The position numbers and the translations under genes were made by a program. Source: Ruminococcus sp. (lineage in GTDB: Bacteria; Bacillota; Clostridia; Lachnospirales; Lachnospiraceae). From it: a stretch of DNA of 64,000 nucleotides. The stretch is from the NCBI GenBank assembly GCA_029256845.1, contig JARIEI010000195.1, positions 70-64,069 of the forward strand, read 5' to 3'. Below the pieces are notes generated by a model that was not told the DNA's origin, did not search any database, and worked only from the letters and a program-made list of their open reading frames with translations. Shown in pieces: positions 8,781 to 18,041 of this stretch (position 1 is its first letter; each line of letters begins with the position of its first letter).

Positions 8781-10526
8781 ATGAAAAATAAAACATATAA
8801 TCGAAAAAAGATACTATTTGTATTTACACTTGCGTCTATAATTTTAGTTGCATTGATTGGAAGGCTTGTATATCTTATGGTGTTTGATGCCGCTTATTAT
8901 CAAGAAAAAGCAACCATGTTACACGAAAGAGAACGTTCTATTAAAGCAGCACGTGGAGAAATTGTAGATCGAAATGGAACGGTATTGGCTACAAACAAAA
9001 CAGTGTGCACAATTTCTGTGATTCATAATCAAGTTAAGGAGCCAGAAAAAGTGATACGATTATTGTCAAAAGAACTTGATTTAGAGGAAGAAAAAGTAAG
9101 AAAGCGAGTGGAGAAGGTTTCCTCTATGGAAAAGATTAAGACAAATGTAGAGAAAAAAATAGGGGACAAGATACGAAATTATAATTTGGCAGGAGTGAAG
9201 GTGGATGAAGATTACAAAAGATATTATCCATTTGATGAGATTGCCTCGAAAGTTCTTGGATTTACAGGTGGGGATAATCAGGGGATTATCGGATTGGAAG
9301 TTAAGTATGAAGAAGAATTAAAAGGGAAAAATGGTACAATTTTAACAGTTACCGATGCAAGAGGCGTAGAACTAGATGGGATGGCAGAGGATAGGATTGA
9401 ACCAGTTGCAGGAAATACATTACAAATTAGTTTAGATTATAACATCCAACAATTTTGCCAACAGGCAGCAGAAAAAGTAATGGAAGAAAAACAAGCAGAT
9501 AGTGTGTCTATTCTTTTGATGAATCCACAAAATGGAGAGATTTTATCTATGGTAAATGTTCCAGAATTTAATTTAAATGAGCCATATAAATTAAATACAA
9601 CAGAGGATATGGAAAGGATGTCAGAGGAAGCTAAACAAGATAAATTAAATCAAATGTGGAGAAATCCAAGTATTAATGACACGTATGAGCCTGGTTCTGT
9701 ATTTAAAATCGTAACCGCGGCAGCTTGCTTGGAGGAAGGCGTAGTAACATTGAAAGATACGTTTTCTTGCCCAGGTTACCGAATTGTAGAAGATCGAAAA
9801 ATAAGATGTCACAAAGTTGGTGGGCATGGACAAGAAACATTTAAAGAAGGAATTCAAAATTCATGTAATCCTGTGTTTATGGATATTGGATTGCGTCTAG
9901 GGGCAGAGCGTTTTTATGATTATTTTCAAACATTTGGACTTATGGAACGTACGAAAATCGATTTACCAGGTGAAGCAAATACAATTATGCACAAAAAAGA
10001 AAATATAGGATTAGTAGAACTTGCTACAATGTCGTTTGGGCAGTCGTTTCAGATCACACCCGTTCAAATGGCTGCCACTGTGAGCTCAATTATCAACGGG
10101 GGAAAAAGAGTAATTCCACATTTTGGTGTATCCGTCTATAACCATGATGGGAAAAGAATAAAAGATTTTAAATATAGGGAAGGAGAACAAATTGTCTCAA
10201 AAGAAACGTCGGATACTATGCGGATGTTGTTAGAAAGTGTTGTGTCAGAAGGTTCTGGAAAAAATGCATATATAGAGGGGTATTCCATTGGAGGAAAAAC
10301 TGCCACCTCACAAACACTGCCACGTAGTGCTCACAAGTATATTTCTTCTTTTTTAGGATTTGCACCTGCAGAAAATCCAAAAGTGTTAGGAATGGTGGTG
10401 ATTCGAGATCCAAAGGGTGTATATTACGGAGGAACAATTGCAGCCCCAGTTTTAAAAAATATATATGATAATGTGCTCCCATATCTTGGGATTCCGAAAA
10501 AAGAATTGAAAAACGGTGATCAATAA
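8781..10526 (+). CDS. Class B penicillin-binding protein (SpoVD/FtsI-like transpeptidase) with a KTA variant of the KTG box
   Basis: TM anchor. SxxK (GSVFKIV) and SxN (NSCNPV) are present, but the third box reads GGKTATSQ (K-T-A at 10296-10304). Second bPBP in tandem, the position of spoVD in Bacillus. Confidence 0.88.
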   Translation: MKNKTYNRKKILFVFTLASIILVALIGRLVYLMVFDAAYYQEKATMLHERERSIKAARGEIVDRNGTVLATNKTVCTISVIHNQVKEPEKVIRLLSKELDLEEEKVRKRVEKVSSMEKIKTNVEKKIGDKIRNYNLAGVKVDEDYKRYYPFDEIASKVLGFTGGDNQGIIGLEVKYEEELKGKNGTILTVTDARGVELDGMAEDRIEPVAGNTLQISLDYNIQQFCQQAAEKVMEEKQADSVSILLMNPQNGEILSMVNVPEFNLNEPYKLNTTEDMERMSEEAKQDKLNQMWRNPSINDTYEPGSVFKIVTAAACLEEGVVTLKDTFSCPGYRIVEDRKIRCHKVGGHGQETFKEGIQNSCNPVFMDIGLRLGAERFYDYFQTFGLMERTKIDLPGEANTIMHKKENIGLVELATMSFGQSFQITPVQMAATVSSIINGGKRVIPHFGVSVYNHDGKRIKDFKYREGEQIVSKETSDTMRMLLESVVSEGSGKNAYIEGYSIGGKTATSQTLPRSAHKYISSFLGFAPAENPKVLGMVVIRDPKGVYYGGTIAAPVLKNIYDNVLPYLGIPKKELKNGDQ

Positions 10527-10582
10527 GGTATACTTATTGCGTATTAGTATGCGAAAAACGAAAGAGATGATGAGGTGAAAAT

Positions 10583-11539
10583 ATGAACAGTAGCGTAGTA
10601 TTTCCGGTATTAATAGCTTTTGGCATTAGCCTATTATTAGGTCCAATCATAATACCATTTCTTAGAAAACTGAAGATGGGACAGACAGAAAGACAAGAAG
10701 GAGTAAAGTCACACTTGAAAAAAGCAGGGACACCTACGATGGGAGGCATTATTATTTTAACCAGCGTAATTATTACATCTTTGCTTTACGTAAAAGAGTA
10801 TCCAAGAATTATACCAGTACTGTTTCTAACAATTGGATTCGGCTTGATCGGATTTTTAGATGATTTTCTAAAAGTAGTTATGAAGCGTTCTGATGGTTTA
10901 TATCCAAAACAGAAGATGATTCTTCAGATTGTAGTTACAGCAATTTTTGCCTTTTATGTAATCAAAGTTGCTAAAATTCCATTGACAATGTTAATCCCAT
11001 TTTCAAAAGGACATTATTGGGATATTGGTTGGTTTGCTGTTCCACTTATGTTTATTGCCGTTATTGGTACAGTAAATGGCACCAATTTTACAGACGGGTT
11101 AGATGGTCTTGCATCTAGTGTTACGGTACTTGTTGCCACATTTTTCACAGTTGTAGCAATTGGGACAAAAAGCGGAATTGAGCCTATTACTTGTGCTGTT
11201 GTAGGAGCGTTGCTTGGATTTTTGTTGTTTAATGTATATCCAGCTAGTGTATTTATGGGGGATACAGGTTCTCTTGCACTTGGAGGATTTGTGATTGGAA
11301 CTGCTTATATGATGCAAATGCCATTATATGTTATTATTGTAGGACTTATTTATTTGATCGAAGTACTTTCCGTAATTCTTCAAGTTGCATTCTTCAAGAA
11401 AACAGGTGGGAAGCGTCTGTTTAAAATGGCGCCAATCCATCACCATTTTGAATTGTGTGGCTGGTCAGAGACAAGGGTTGTGACCGTATTTTCTATCATT
11501 ACAGCACTTCTTTGTCTAGTAGCACTTGCGGGGGTATAG
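10583..11539 (+). CDS. mraY: Phospho-N-acetylmuramoyl-pentapeptide transferase MraY
   Basis: Polytopic protein with LDDFLKV, NGTNFTDGLDGLA, MGDTGSLALGG and APIHHHFE motifs. Confidence 0.95.
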   Translation: MNSSVVFPVLIAFGISLLLGPIIIPFLRKLKMGQTERQEGVKSHLKKAGTPTMGGIIILTSVIITSLLYVKEYPRIIPVLFLTIGFGLIGFLDDFLKVVMKRSDGLYPKQKMILQIVVTAIFAFYVIKVAKIPLTMLIPFSKGHYWDIGWFAVPLMFIAVIGTVNGTNFTDGLDGLASSVTVLVATFFTVVAIGTKSGIEPITCAVVGALLGFLLFNVYPASVFMGDTGSLALGGFVIGTAYMMQMPLYVIIVGLIYLIEVLSVILQVAFFKKTGGKRLFKMAPIHHHFELCGWSETRVVTVFSIITALLCLVALAGV

Positions 11540-11543
11540 GAGT

Positions 11544-12911
11544 ATGGAGTTAGAGAACAAAAAAGTTCTTGTATTTGGAACTGGTAAAAGCGGGATTGCA
11601 GCAGCACAACTTTTGTTGGATCATAAGGCACAAGTAGTGGTGTATGATGGGAATAAGGAACTAGACCCAGAAAAGATCAAAGAAAAGATATTAGAAGGTA
11701 AGTCTTACGATCAGACACTTGCCATTGTATTAGGAGAAGTTAGTAGTGCACTATTGGAGGAAATTCAACTTATGGTAATTAGTCCGGGAGTGCCTACAGA
11801 TTTACCACTTGTAGAGCAATTTCGAGAAAAGAATATTCCAATTTGGGGAGAGATTGAATTAGCTTACTGTATTGGGAAAGGTGATGTACTTGCCATTACA
11901 GGAACGAATGGCAAGACAACAACGACAGCACTTCTTGGGGAAATTATGAAGAACTATAACGAAGAGACGTATGTTGTTGGAAATATAGGAAATCCATATA
12001 CGAGCATTGCAGGGCAGACTTCTGAACATTCCGTAATCGTAGCAGAAATGAGCAGTTTTCAGTTAGAGACGGTTCATATGTTTCATCCAAAGGTTAGTGC
12101 GATTTTAAATCTGTCGCCAGATCATTTAAATAGACATCATACAATGGAAGCATACATTGCAGCAAAAGAGAAGATTGCAATGAATCAAACAAAAGAAGAT
12201 ACCTGTGTACTAAATTATGAGGATGTAGTTACGCGAGAATTTGGTAAAACACAAAAGGCAAACGTATTGTATTTTAGCAGTCAAAGGGTATTAGAAACGG
12301 GTGTTTATCTAGATGAAAATCAGATTTTATACAATGATGGAACAGAACAGATAACCATTTGTCAGGTTGAGGAACTAAAACTTCTTGGAACACATAACTA
12401 TGAAAATGTAATGGCAGCTGTTGCAATGGCTATTTCTTATGGAGTGCCGCTTGAGATAATCCGAAGTTCTGTTATAGAGTTTCAAGGGGTTGCTCACAGA
12501 ATAGAGTTTGTTACAGAAAAAAATGGTGTTGCATATTATAACGATTCTAAGGGTACAAATCCAGATGCTGCAATCAAAGGGATTCAGGCAATGAACCGCC
12601 CGACACTTCTAATTGGGGGAGGATATGATAAAGATTCCTCATATGAAGAATGGATTTCCGCTTTTGATGGAAAAGTGAAAAAATTAGTACTGATTGGAGC
12701 AACGAAAGAGAAAATTGCACAGACAGCTGCAAGGCTTGGATTTACGGAAAGTGTCTTTGCAGATACATTTGAAGAGGCAGTCGAATATTGTATAAAAAAT
12801 GCAGTGCCAGGCGATGCAGTGCTTTTATCACCGGCATGTGCGAGCTGGGGAATGTTTAAAAATTATGAGGAACGTGGAGATAAATTTAAAGAGCTTGTAA
12901 AACAGATATAA
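11544..12911 (+). CDS. murD: UDP-N-acetylmuramoylalanine--D-glutamate ligase MurD
   Basis: KKVLVFGTGKSG N-terminal fold, GTNGKTTTT P-loop, and Mur-ligase middle and C-terminal domains. The ATG at 11544 lies 4 nt after the mraY stop. The TTG at 11526 is an alternative start. Confidence 0.92.
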   Translation: MELENKKVLVFGTGKSGIAAAQLLLDHKAQVVVYDGNKELDPEKIKEKILEGKSYDQTLAIVLGEVSSALLEEIQLMVISPGVPTDLPLVEQFREKNIPIWGEIELAYCIGKGDVLAITGTNGKTTTTALLGEIMKNYNEETYVVGNIGNPYTSIAGQTSEHSVIVAEMSSFQLETVHMFHPKVSAILNLSPDHLNRHHTMEAYIAAKEKIAMNQTKEDTCVLNYEDVVTREFGKTQKANVLYFSSQRVLETGVYLDENQILYNDGTEQITICQVEELKLLGTHNYENVMAAVAMAISYGVPLEIIRSSVIEFQGVAHRIEFVTEKNGVAYYNDSKGTNPDAAIKGIQAMNRPTLLIGGGYDKDSSYEEWISAFDGKVKKLVLIGATKEKIAQTAARLGFTESVFADTFEEAVEYCIKNAVPGDAVLLSPACASWGMFKNYEERGDKFKELVKQI

Positions 12912-12924
12912 GGGGCGAAATTTA

Positions 12925-14013
12925 TTGGAGCGTTCGAATAAAAAAAGAAAGTATGATTTAATCCTAGTAACAGTTGTATCGCTGTTGATTGTTGTAGGAC
13001 TGATTTTATTGTATAGTACAAGTGCGTATAATGGTCAGGTGAAATTTCAAGATTCTTTCTATTATCTTAAAAAGCAAGGATTTGCCACACTGCTTGGCAT
13101 CCTTACTATGGTAGTTGCGTCAGAAATGGATTATCATGTATTTTTGGCTTTTGCAAAGCCGGCATATTTGACGGCAATTGTTTTATCCGTAGCAGTTATA
13201 TTAGTCGGTGATGAGTACAACGGGTCCAAAAGATGGCTTTCTTTGGGCCCGCTTTCTTTTCAACCATCAGAATTTGCAAAAATTGCTGTCATTTTATTTT
13301 TGGCATATAACATTACCAAAAATATAAAAACAATAGGAAAATTCCGAACAATGTTTAAGGTAATACTTCCTATTTTACCAATTGTCGCACTTGTTGGTGC
13401 CAGTAATTTAAGCACTGCGATTATTATATTGGGAATAGCCGCAGTACTTATCTTCGTAGCTAGCCCCAAATACGCACAATTCATATGGATGGGAGTGGCT
13501 GGAATCGGATTTATGGGAATTTTTCTTGCATTGGAGAGTTACCGGTTAGAGCGAATCGCAATTTGGAGAAATCCAGAACAATACGAAAAAGGATATCAAA
13601 CATTGCAAGGACTTTATGCCATTGGTTCGGGTGGATTGTTTGGAAAAGGACTTGGAAAAAGCGTCCAAAAATTAGGTTTTTTACCAGAAGCACAAAACGA
13701 TATGATATTTTCGATCATTTGTGAAGAACTAGGACTTGTAGGAGCAGGACTTTTAATTCTCTTGTTTTTGCTTCTTATTTGGAGATTTTTTGTGATTGCA
13801 ATAAATGCAAAAGATCTGACGGGAGCGCTGATTGCATCGGGAGCAATGGCACATATGATGATTCAAGTGATTTTAAATATTGCAGTTGTTACAAATTCCA
13901 TTCCAAATACAGGAATTACACTTCCGTTTATTAGTTATGGAGGGACATCTGTTGTGTTTTTACTAATGGAAATGGGAATTGTGTTGAGTGTTTCAGCGCG
14001 TCAAGAAACTTAA
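12925..14013 (+). CDS. ftsW: SEDS-family protein FtsW/SpoVE (dcw-cluster copy)
   Basis: RWLSLGPLSFQPSEFAK, LQGLYAIGSGGLFGKGLG, PEAQNDMIFSIICEELG and TGITLPFISYGGTS. Located after murD. Confidence 0.9.
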   Translation: MERSNKKRKYDLILVTVVSLLIVVGLILLYSTSAYNGQVKFQDSFYYLKKQGFATLLGILTMVVASEMDYHVFLAFAKPAYLTAIVLSVAVILVGDEYNGSKRWLSLGPLSFQPSEFAKIAVILFLAYNITKNIKTIGKFRTMFKVILPILPIVALVGASNLSTAIIILGIAAVLIFVASPKYAQFIWMGVAGIGFMGIFLALESYRLERIAIWRNPEQYEKGYQTLQGLYAIGSGGLFGKGLGKSVQKLGFLPEAQNDMIFSIICEELGLVGAGLLILLFLLLIWRFFVIAINAKDLTGALIASGAMAHMMIQVILNIAVVTNSIPNTGITLPFISYGGTSVVFLLMEMGIVLSVSARQET

Positions 14014-14073
14014 GTTTTTAGGACACAAGAAAACTACTATAGAAAAGGAAAATATACCATAGGAGGAAAGTTC

Positions 14074-14946
14074 ATGGCAAAAAGAAGAAAGAAGAAAAAA
14101 ATCTTGTCAAAAGTTATTTTGATAGTTACCCTTTCAATCTTACTTCTGTTTATACTTTTATTGTTGCTTTTTCATGTAAGACAAATGGAAGTACAAGGAG
14201 TTGTTTACTCATCAAAAAGCGAAATTGTTCAATGGATTAAGAAAGATAAATTAAGTGCGAATGGAATCTATGTATGGTGGAAATGTAAATACTCCAAAGA
14301 ACCAAAACCTGCGGCAATCGATAAAATAGACGTAAAATTTAAAACGCCTTGGGCAATCTACATTAAGGTAAATGAAAAAAAGCCAATTGGGTATATTGAT
14401 GCAGGCAAAGAATATTTATATTTTACAAAAGGTGGGATTGCAATTTATAAAACAGAGCAAAAGATTGAGAATGTTTCTTATATTGAAGGGATGGAAGTAC
14501 AAGACACGAAAGTAAAAATGGGAAAGAAAATTCCGGTAACCGATGAAAAAGTGTTTCAAAGAATTGTAGAGGTCTCTGAACTTTTAGAAAAATTAAAATT
14601 AAAACCAGACAGGGTGGTATGTCGAGGGAGTGCGTTAAATCTCTATTTTTCCGGAGTAGAAGTATTGCTCGGGAAAAAAGATTACGATAGGAAGTTACCA
14701 CAACTTCCGCCTATTTTAAAAATCTTAAACGAAAAGTATGCGGGATTAGAAGGCACCCTGTATTTAGAACATTATGAAAATATAGAAAAAGGAATACGAT
14801 TTGTTCCCGTAAAGAAGGAAGAGCCACCAAAAGAAGAGGTTCCTGTGGAAGAAGACAATTCCGTTCAAGAGGAGCAAATACAAGACGAAGAACCATCAGA
14901 AAACACAGAAGTAATCGAATATACGACAGATTCAGAGGAAGAATAA
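14074..14946 (+). CDS. ftsQ: FtsQ/DivIB-like cell-division protein with an acidic C-terminal extension
   Basis: Basic N-terminus, one TM helix, and a POTRA-like start (RQMEVQGVVYSSKSEI). It sits between ftsW and ftsZ. The last ~45 aa are E/P/D-rich. Confidence 0.7.
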   Translation: MAKRRKKKKILSKVILIVTLSILLLFILLLLLFHVRQMEVQGVVYSSKSEIVQWIKKDKLSANGIYVWWKCKYSKEPKPAAIDKIDVKFKTPWAIYIKVNEKKPIGYIDAGKEYLYFTKGGIAIYKTEQKIENVSYIEGMEVQDTKVKMGKKIPVTDEKVFQRIVEVSELLEKLKLKPDRVVCRGSALNLYFSGVEVLLGKKDYDRKLPQLPPILKILNEKYAGLEGTLYLEHYENIEKGIRFVPVKKEEPPKEEVPVEEDNSVQEEQIQDEEPSENTEVIEYTTDSEEE

Positions 14947-15006
14947 ATGTTTCCTTCTTCAAAGAGATAAATTGGATAAAAAAAACATAAAATACACAAA
15001 AATCTA

Positions 15007-15035
15007 TTGATTATTTGCAGAAAAAACTTTATTAT
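15007..15035 (+). promoter_or_regulatory. Candidate sigma-A promoter upstream of ftsZ
   Basis: TTGATT (15007-15012), 17-nt spacer, TATTAT (15030-15035). Sequence match only, in an AT-rich context. Confidence 0.35.
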
Positions 15036-15113
15036 ATAAATATTGAATTATATCGTTCAATATCTATGGGATGTATTAAATAATATAATAAGATGACAAA
15101 GGAGGAAATATTC

Positions 15114-16283
15114 TTGTTAGAAATTAAAACCAATGAGTCAGAAGCAGCTGCAAGAATTATTGTGATCGGTGTCGGTGGTGGCGGTAATAACGCTGTAAAC
15201 CGTATGATCGATGAGCAGATTGCAGGCGTAGAGTTTATAGCTATCAATACAGATAAACAGGCACTTCAGCTATGTAAGGCACCTACATTGATGCAGATTG
15301 GTGAGAAGCTTACAAAGGGACTTGGCGCTGGAGCAAAGCCTGAAGTTGGAGAAAAGGCTGCTGAAGAAAGTGAAGAAGAAATTGCATCTGCTGTCAAAGG
15401 AGCAGATATGGTATTCGTTACCTGTGGTATGGGTGGCGGTACAGGAACAGGAGCAGCTCCTGTTGTAGCACGTATTGCAAAAGAGCAAGGATCATTGACT
15501 GTAGGTGTTGTTACAAAGCCATTCCGCTTTGAATCAAAAACACGTATGTCAAATGCTCTAGAAGGAATTGAAAAATTAAAAGAAAATGTGGATACACTGA
15601 TTGTGATTCCAAATGACAAATTATTGGAAGTAGTTGATCGTAGAACAACTATGCCAGAAGCATTAAAGAAAGCAGACGAAGTTTTGCAACAAGGTATTCA
15701 GGGAATTACAGATTTGATTAATGTACCATCCCTTATTAACCTAGACTTTGCAGATATCCAGACTGTTATGAAGGACAAAGGAATCGCACATATTGGTATC
15801 GGTTCAGGTCATGGAGATGATAAAGCGTTAGAGGCTGTTAAGCAAGCCGTTGCAAGCCCATTGCTTGAAACAACGATTCAGGGTGCATCTCATGTTATTA
15901 TTAATATTTCTGGTGATATCACCCTTATGGATGCATCTGACGCAGCAGAATATGTGCAAGAGTTAGCTGGAGAGAATGCTAATATTATCTTTGGTGCTAT
16001 GTATGATGATTCTGTATCTGATGAAGCTACAATTACAGTAATCGCAACAGGATTACATAATGTGGGTGGTAGTTCATCAAAATTAAAGGCTAGATTAGAA
16101 GGACAGCAGATGGTAGGTTCCATTCTTCCGAACCCTGATCTTGCAGGTAGAACACCTCTTACAAGACCAGTTACACCAAGATCTATGCCTACTGGAAATG
16201 CACCTTCATTTGATCAGACAAGAACACCAGTAAGCAAGGTAAAAGAGCAGTCTATTAAGATTCCAGATTTCTTCAAGAAATAA
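15114..16283 (+). CDS. ftsZ: Cell-division GTPase FtsZ
   Basis: [13 protein letters not shown] and [11 protein letters not shown] tubulin signatures. Disordered linker and C-terminal peptide (IKIPDFFKK). GGAGG at 15101-15105 lies 8 nt before the TTG at 15114, giving (M)LEIKTN, which aligns with the Bacillus MLEFETN N-terminus. The ATG at 15093 is the alternative start. Confidence 0.95.
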   Translation: MLEIKTNESEAAARIIVIGVGGGGNNAVNRMIDEQIAGVEFIAINTDKQALQLCKAPTLMQIGEKLTKGLGAGAKPEVGEKAAEESEEEIASAVKGADMVFVTCGMGGGTGTGAAPVVARIAKEQGSLTVGVVTKPFRFESKTRMSNALEGIEKLKENVDTLIVIPNDKLLEVVDRRTTMPEALKKADEVLQQGIQGITDLINVPSLINLDFADIQTVMKDKGIAHIGIGSGHGDDKALEAVKQAVASPLLETTIQGASHVIINISGDITLMDASDAAEYVQELAGENANIIFGAMYDDSVSDEATITVIATGLHNVGGSSSKLKARLEGQQMVGSILPNPDLAGRTPLTRPVTPRSMPTGNAPSFDQTRTPVSKVKEQSIKIPDFFKK

Positions 16284-16298
16284 TTATATCGGAATGAC

Positions 16299-16330
16299 GA
16301 AGAGAGTACAAAGTGTACTCTCTTTTTTTG
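16299..16330 (+). terminator. Intrinsic terminator after ftsZ
   Basis: 10-bp stem agagagtaca / tgtactctct with a 3-nt loop, followed by a T7 run. Confidence 0.78.
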
Positions 16331-16394
16331 TCGAAAAAAAGACGTATTCGCCTGTCAGTATCTGACAAAAAATCTACAATCTTCTACTTATAAT
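16329..16394 (+). promoter_or_regulatory. Candidate Spo0A-dependent spoIIGA promoter region
   Basis: Perfect 0A-box heptamer TGTCGAA at 16329-16335. CTGACA (16362-16367) and TATAAT (16389-16394) are separated by an unusually long 21-nt spacer. Confidence 0.4.
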
Positions 16395-16449
16395 AAATAT
16401 TGTCTGAGTACAAAATCGATTTCGTTTCAGCAAGGAAAGAAGGGAAAAC

Positions 16450-17238
16450 ATGTGCTATGAACTTTACATAGACGTGTTATTTCTGGTGAATTTATTTTAC
16501 GATTTTCTTTTGCTCTTTACAGTAAAAAAAATTATGAAGTATCCGGTTTCCTGGCGTTGCACATTTTTAGGAGCGATCCTAGGTGCAGCATTGACATGCT
16601 TAGTGATAGCCTGTCCGCTAGAGGGAATCGTGAAACTTGTTTTATGTCATGTAGTAGTAAATGTCGTTATGGTTAAGGTTGGATTGAAAAGAAGGCGAGT
16701 AGATGAAATAGGAAAAGCAATAGCAGTTTTGTATGTGATATCCGTTTTCTATGGAGGAATCCTAGAGCTTTTTGCTCCTTATTTACATACTGAAATTATT
16801 TATTTTTTGATTGCAATCTTATGTATGATTTTCATCAGAAGCATGTGGAAAAGTTTTTTAAAAGAAAAACGTACACAAAGTACAAGGTGTACGGTCATTC
16901 TACAAGAAGGAAAAACACAAAAAAAAGTCACAGCACTTATTGATACAGGAAACACATTAACAGATCCAGTGTCTGGTGATCCAGTAACGGTGATCGGGAA
17001 AACATTAGCAAAGCAAATGTGGGAAGAAAAACAACAAAAAGAGGGGATTCGCTATATCCCGTTTTGCACAATAGAGAACAAAGGAATGATGCCTGTCTTT
17101 CGTGTTGAAAAAATGCGGGTAGAAGGAAAAGAAGAGATTTTGATTCGACATCCCCTATTAGGGGTTTGCGAAAGGCAAATGTCGGAAAGTGCAGAGTATC
17201 AAATAATCTTAAATCCCGATATAATAGGAGGTTTGTAG
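16450..17238 (+). CDS. spoIIGA: Sigma-E processing peptidase SpoIIGA
   Basis: N-terminal multi-TM domain. C-terminal aspartic-protease motif [18 protein letters not shown]. Located immediately upstream of sigE. Confidence 0.9.
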   Translation: MCYELYIDVLFLVNLFYDFLLLFTVKKIMKYPVSWRCTFLGAILGAALTCLVIACPLEGIVKLVLCHVVVNVVMVKVGLKRRRVDEIGKAIAVLYVISVFYGGILELFAPYLHTEIIYFLIAILCMIFIRSMWKSFLKEKRTQSTRCTVILQEGKTQKKVTALIDTGNTLTDPVSGDPVTVIGKTLAKQMWEEKQQKEGIRYIPFCTIENKGMMPVFRVEKMRVEGKEEILIRHPLLGVCERQMSESAEYQIILNPDIIGGL

Positions 17239-17239
17239 A

Positions 17240-17980
17240 ATGGTAGCAAAAACAACAACAGTAAAACATTCAAAATATAATCTATTGCCAGATATTAGAG
17301 CAATTTTTTTTACAAATAAAAACGAAGTTCATTACATTGGAGGATCGGAAATTTTGCCTCCGCCATTGGAACATGAAGAAGAGTTACAAGCAATTGAAGC
17401 ACTTGGAACCACAAATGATCAAGAAGCGAAAAAATTGTTAATCGAACATAATCTGCGCTTGGTAGTGTACATAGCAAAAAAGTTTGATAATACTGGAGTG
17501 GGAGTAGAAGATCTTATTTCGATTGGTACAATCGGATTGATTAAATCCATTAATACGTTTAATCCAGATAAAAAAATAAAATTAGCAACATATGCTTCTA
17601 GATGCATAGAAAATGAAATCTTAATGTATTTAAGAAGAACAAGCAAGACAAAGCTAGAAGTATCCATAGATGAGCCGTTAAATGTAGATTGGGATGGAAA
17701 TGAATTGTTATTGTCGGATATTCTTGGTACAGAAGAAGATACGATTTACAAAGATTTGGAAACAGAAGCAGAAAACAAACTGCTATTTCGGGCAATCAAT
17801 AAGCTATCAGGAAGAGAACGTATGATCGTAAAAATGCGCTATGGTATTGGAAGTCAAGATGGAGAGGAAAAAACCCAAAAAGAGGTTGCAGATATGCTTG
17901 GAATTTCACAATCCTATATCTCTAGATTAGAGAAAAAAATCATGAAAAGATTGAAGAAAGAAATTATACGTTTCTGGTAA
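17240..17980 (+). CDS. sigE: Sporulation sigma factor SigE (pro-sigma-E)
   Basis: Pro-sequence followed by [24 protein letters not shown]...[15 protein letters not shown]...[20 protein letters not shown] is near-identical in pattern to Bacillus and Clostridium SigE. Confidence 0.93.
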   Translation: MVAKTTTVKHSKYNLLPDIRAIFFTNKNEVHYIGGSEILPPPLEHEEELQAIEALGTTNDQEAKKLLIEHNLRLVVYIAKKFDNTGVGVEDLISIGTIGLIKSINTFNPDKKIKLATYASRCIENEILMYLRRTSKTKLEVSIDEPLNVDWDGNELLLSDILGTEEDTIYKDLETEAENKLLFRAINKLSGRERMIVKMRYGIGSQDGEEKTQKEVADMLGISQSYISRLEKKIMKRLKKEIIRFW

Positions 17981-18041
17981 ATTGTATGTGTAATAATAGA
18001 TAATACGTGATATAATAAGAGAAAAAGGGTTGGTGAAGCTT

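Noticed and set aside
13485-13724. Same-strand alternative-frame ORFs inside ftsW (also 18214..18414 in the MBL gene, 21021..21248 in the HAD gene, 28926..29117, 35871..36092, 47014..47208 and 52400..52597)
   Set aside because: All are embedded in strongly supported genes in another frame, and all are short, basic or low-complexity with no RBS.
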